From: an uncultured Candidatus Saccharibacteria bacterium
GTDB lineage: Bacteria; Patescibacteriota; Saccharimonadia; Saccharimonadales; UBA7683
Length of the DNA: 64,000 bases
Assembly: GCA_964632215.1 (NCBI GenBank)
Contig: CAZWBG010000003.1
Coordinates: 7,833-71,832 of the forward strand
Direction of reading: 5' to 3'
In this document: positions 62,927-64,000 of the stretch, piece after piece
Layout: each line of letters starts with the position of its first letter
Position numbering within the stretch: position 1 is the stretch's first letter
The notes under the pieces: generated by a model
What the model saw: the letters and a program-made list of their open reading frames with translations, nothing else
What the model was told of the DNA's origin: nothing
Database searches by the model: none
Program-made: the position numbers and the translations under genes

Positions 62927-63132
62927 GTGAAAATAGACACAAAATACCAGGTTGAAATCATTTATGCTTAAAATTGATACCAGGTTTTGCTAGCGTGGTT
63001 TTTTTGCAACTGAACACAAAAAATAGTGTTCAGTTATCTTGACGGACACCCTGAAATACTGGGCAGATATTGTTCAATAGCAACATGTAGTCTTGAAATT
63101 CTTGGATACTCGCGTCAGTATCCAAAAACCGC

Positions 63133-63138
63133 TATAAT
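63133..63138 (+). promoter_or_regulatory. -10 box (TATAAT) 8 nt upstream of uppP ATG; leaderless candidate
   Basis: Sequence reads TATAAT-agaaagca-ATG(63147). Confidence 0.45.
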
Positions 63139-63146
63139 AGAAAGCA

Positions 63147-63953
63147 ATGAGTATTATTACGAGTATTATTCTGGGTATTGTCCAGGGTGCAACTGAATTT
63201 TTGCCTGTCTCGAGCTCGGGGCATCTTATTATTATGAGCCACCTTTTAGGGAGTAAGAGCTCTTTTGAATTTGATGTGTTGGTCAATTTTGGTACTCTCG
63301 CCACCATTATTATCTATTACCGCAAGCGCTTGTTAAGTATTGCTCAAGACGTCTTTGTGAGACGCGATTTACGCCTCATATTAAAGCTTATTCTTGCTAC
63401 AATTCCTGCCGCTTGCATCGGCTTTTTTGGGCAAAGTATTATTGAAACATATTTACATACGACATGGGTAGTTGTGTTTATGCTCCTGGCCGTGGGTGTT
63501 CTAATGGTTGCTTCCCGTTGGTGGAAGCCGAGTGAATCGCTCGCTATTAATAAAGATTTACACGGCGTAACATTCCGACAGTCACTTCTGATAGGTTTCG
63601 CTCAGTGTTTTTCACTCATTTCTGGTGGTTCACGTTCTGGTATCACAATTTTAACGGGTTTAAAGCTAGGGTTTACTACTCAAAAGGCAGCCGAATGGAG
63701 CTTCTTAATGGGTATCCCGATTATCTTTGGAGCTAGTATGAAGGTGTTATTCAGTGAAAAAGGTATGGCATTTGTGACTGAACAAACAGGAGCGTTCATT
63801 ATAGCCAACATCGTCTCATTTATAACTGGCATGCTAGCCATTCATCTTTTGATGAGATTATTACAACAAAAAGGCCTCTATTGGTTCGGTTGGTACCGCA
63901 TCGCCTTGGCATTTGTACTAGTAATACTGTTATCTGCTAAAATACTTTCATAG
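63147..63953 (+). CDS. uppP: Undecaprenyl-diphosphate phosphatase
   Basis: 'GIVQGATEFLPVSSSGHL' signature and 'SRSGITI' motif. Eight TM helices. Confidence 0.92.
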   Translation: MSIITSIILGIVQGATEFLPVSSSGHLIIMSHLLGSKSSFEFDVLVNFGTLATIIIYYRKRLLSIAQDVFVRRDLRLILKLILATIPAACIGFFGQSIIETYLHTTWVVVFMLLAVGVLMVASRWWKPSESLAINKDLHGVTFRQSLLIGFAQCFSLISGGSRSGITILTGLKLGFTTQKAAEWSFLMGIPIIFGASMKVLFSEKGMAFVTEQTGAFIIANIVSFITGMLAIHLLMRLLQQKGLYWFGWYRIALAFVLVILLSAKILS

Positions 63954-64000
63954 AGTTAACCAAAAAGAGGAGTAAATCATAGTGAGTACACAAATGCACC

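Noticed and set aside
62934-63035. Direct repeat 'ataccaggtt' x2 (62934-62943 and 62967-62976) and a 10-bp-arm inverted repeat (63008-63035) in the xer/uppP intergenic region. I considered these as a dif site or operator.
   Set aside because: Repeats of this length at this spacing are within chance expectation. There is no resemblance to the dif consensus that I can recognise.
1-64000. Alternative genetic code (UGA recoded as in some CPR lineages), CRISPR arrays, tRNA/rRNA genes, and transposases or IS elements.
   Set aside because: Many well-conserved genes terminate cleanly at TGA (for example truB, polA, efp) at the expected protein length. I found no short regularly spaced repeats, cloverleaf-like sequences in intergenic gaps, rRNA-like conserved stretches or transposase motifs while reading both strands.
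63983-64000. Possible start of another gene (GTG 63983 after 'AAGAGGAG') at the window edge.
   Set aside because: Only 6 codons are visible, which is too little to support a feature call.

Overview
This 64-kb chromosomal window comes from a compact bacterium that uses the standard genetic code (UGA is a stop). Genes are tightly packed, and many adjacent genes overlap at their start and stop codons. The content suggests a reduced-genome, monoderm-type organism of the Patescibacteria/CPR kind (Saccharibacteria-like). Supporting features are a type IV pilus locus without a secretin, an LAxTG-sorted surface protein, giant fibre/adhesin-like ORFs and sparse metabolism. I cannot prove this assignment without database searches. 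The housekeeping backbone includes rpoD (cut by the window edge), polA, dut, mutM, holA, rpsT, truB, rpsO-pnp, RNase J, ftsK, rpsF-ssb-rpsR, efp, tlyA, ychF, xerC/D-like and uppP. Accessory content falls into four blocks: (1) a 1294-aa membrane-anchored fibre protein with a collagen-like tract and three copies of a tail-fibre-like module (12.9-16.8 kb); (2) about 7.1 kb inserted between truB and rpsO (24.9-32.0 kb), holding two decayed extra copies of the truB 3' end, a strongly GC-rich foreign gene, a wHTH-phosphoribosyltransferase fusion, a PD40 propeller surface protein, a TraB/GumN-like protein and an ABC-F ATPase; (3) a 943-aa secreted protein with an internal tandem duplication (46.5-49.4 kb); (4) a complete monoderm-style type IV pilus locus (49.4-62.0 kb) with three tandem pilin genes whose 5' ends form a perfect mosaic. 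Across the window, an (often extended) -10 box sits 6-10 nt upstream of many start codons that lack a Shine-Dalgarno sequence, which implies frequent leaderless mRNAs. I found no rRNA, tRNA or CRISPR array. All calls rest on reading the supplied ORF translations and the DNA by eye. No BLAST, HMM or folding tools were run, so family assignments are motif-based and the alignments and counts are hand-made.
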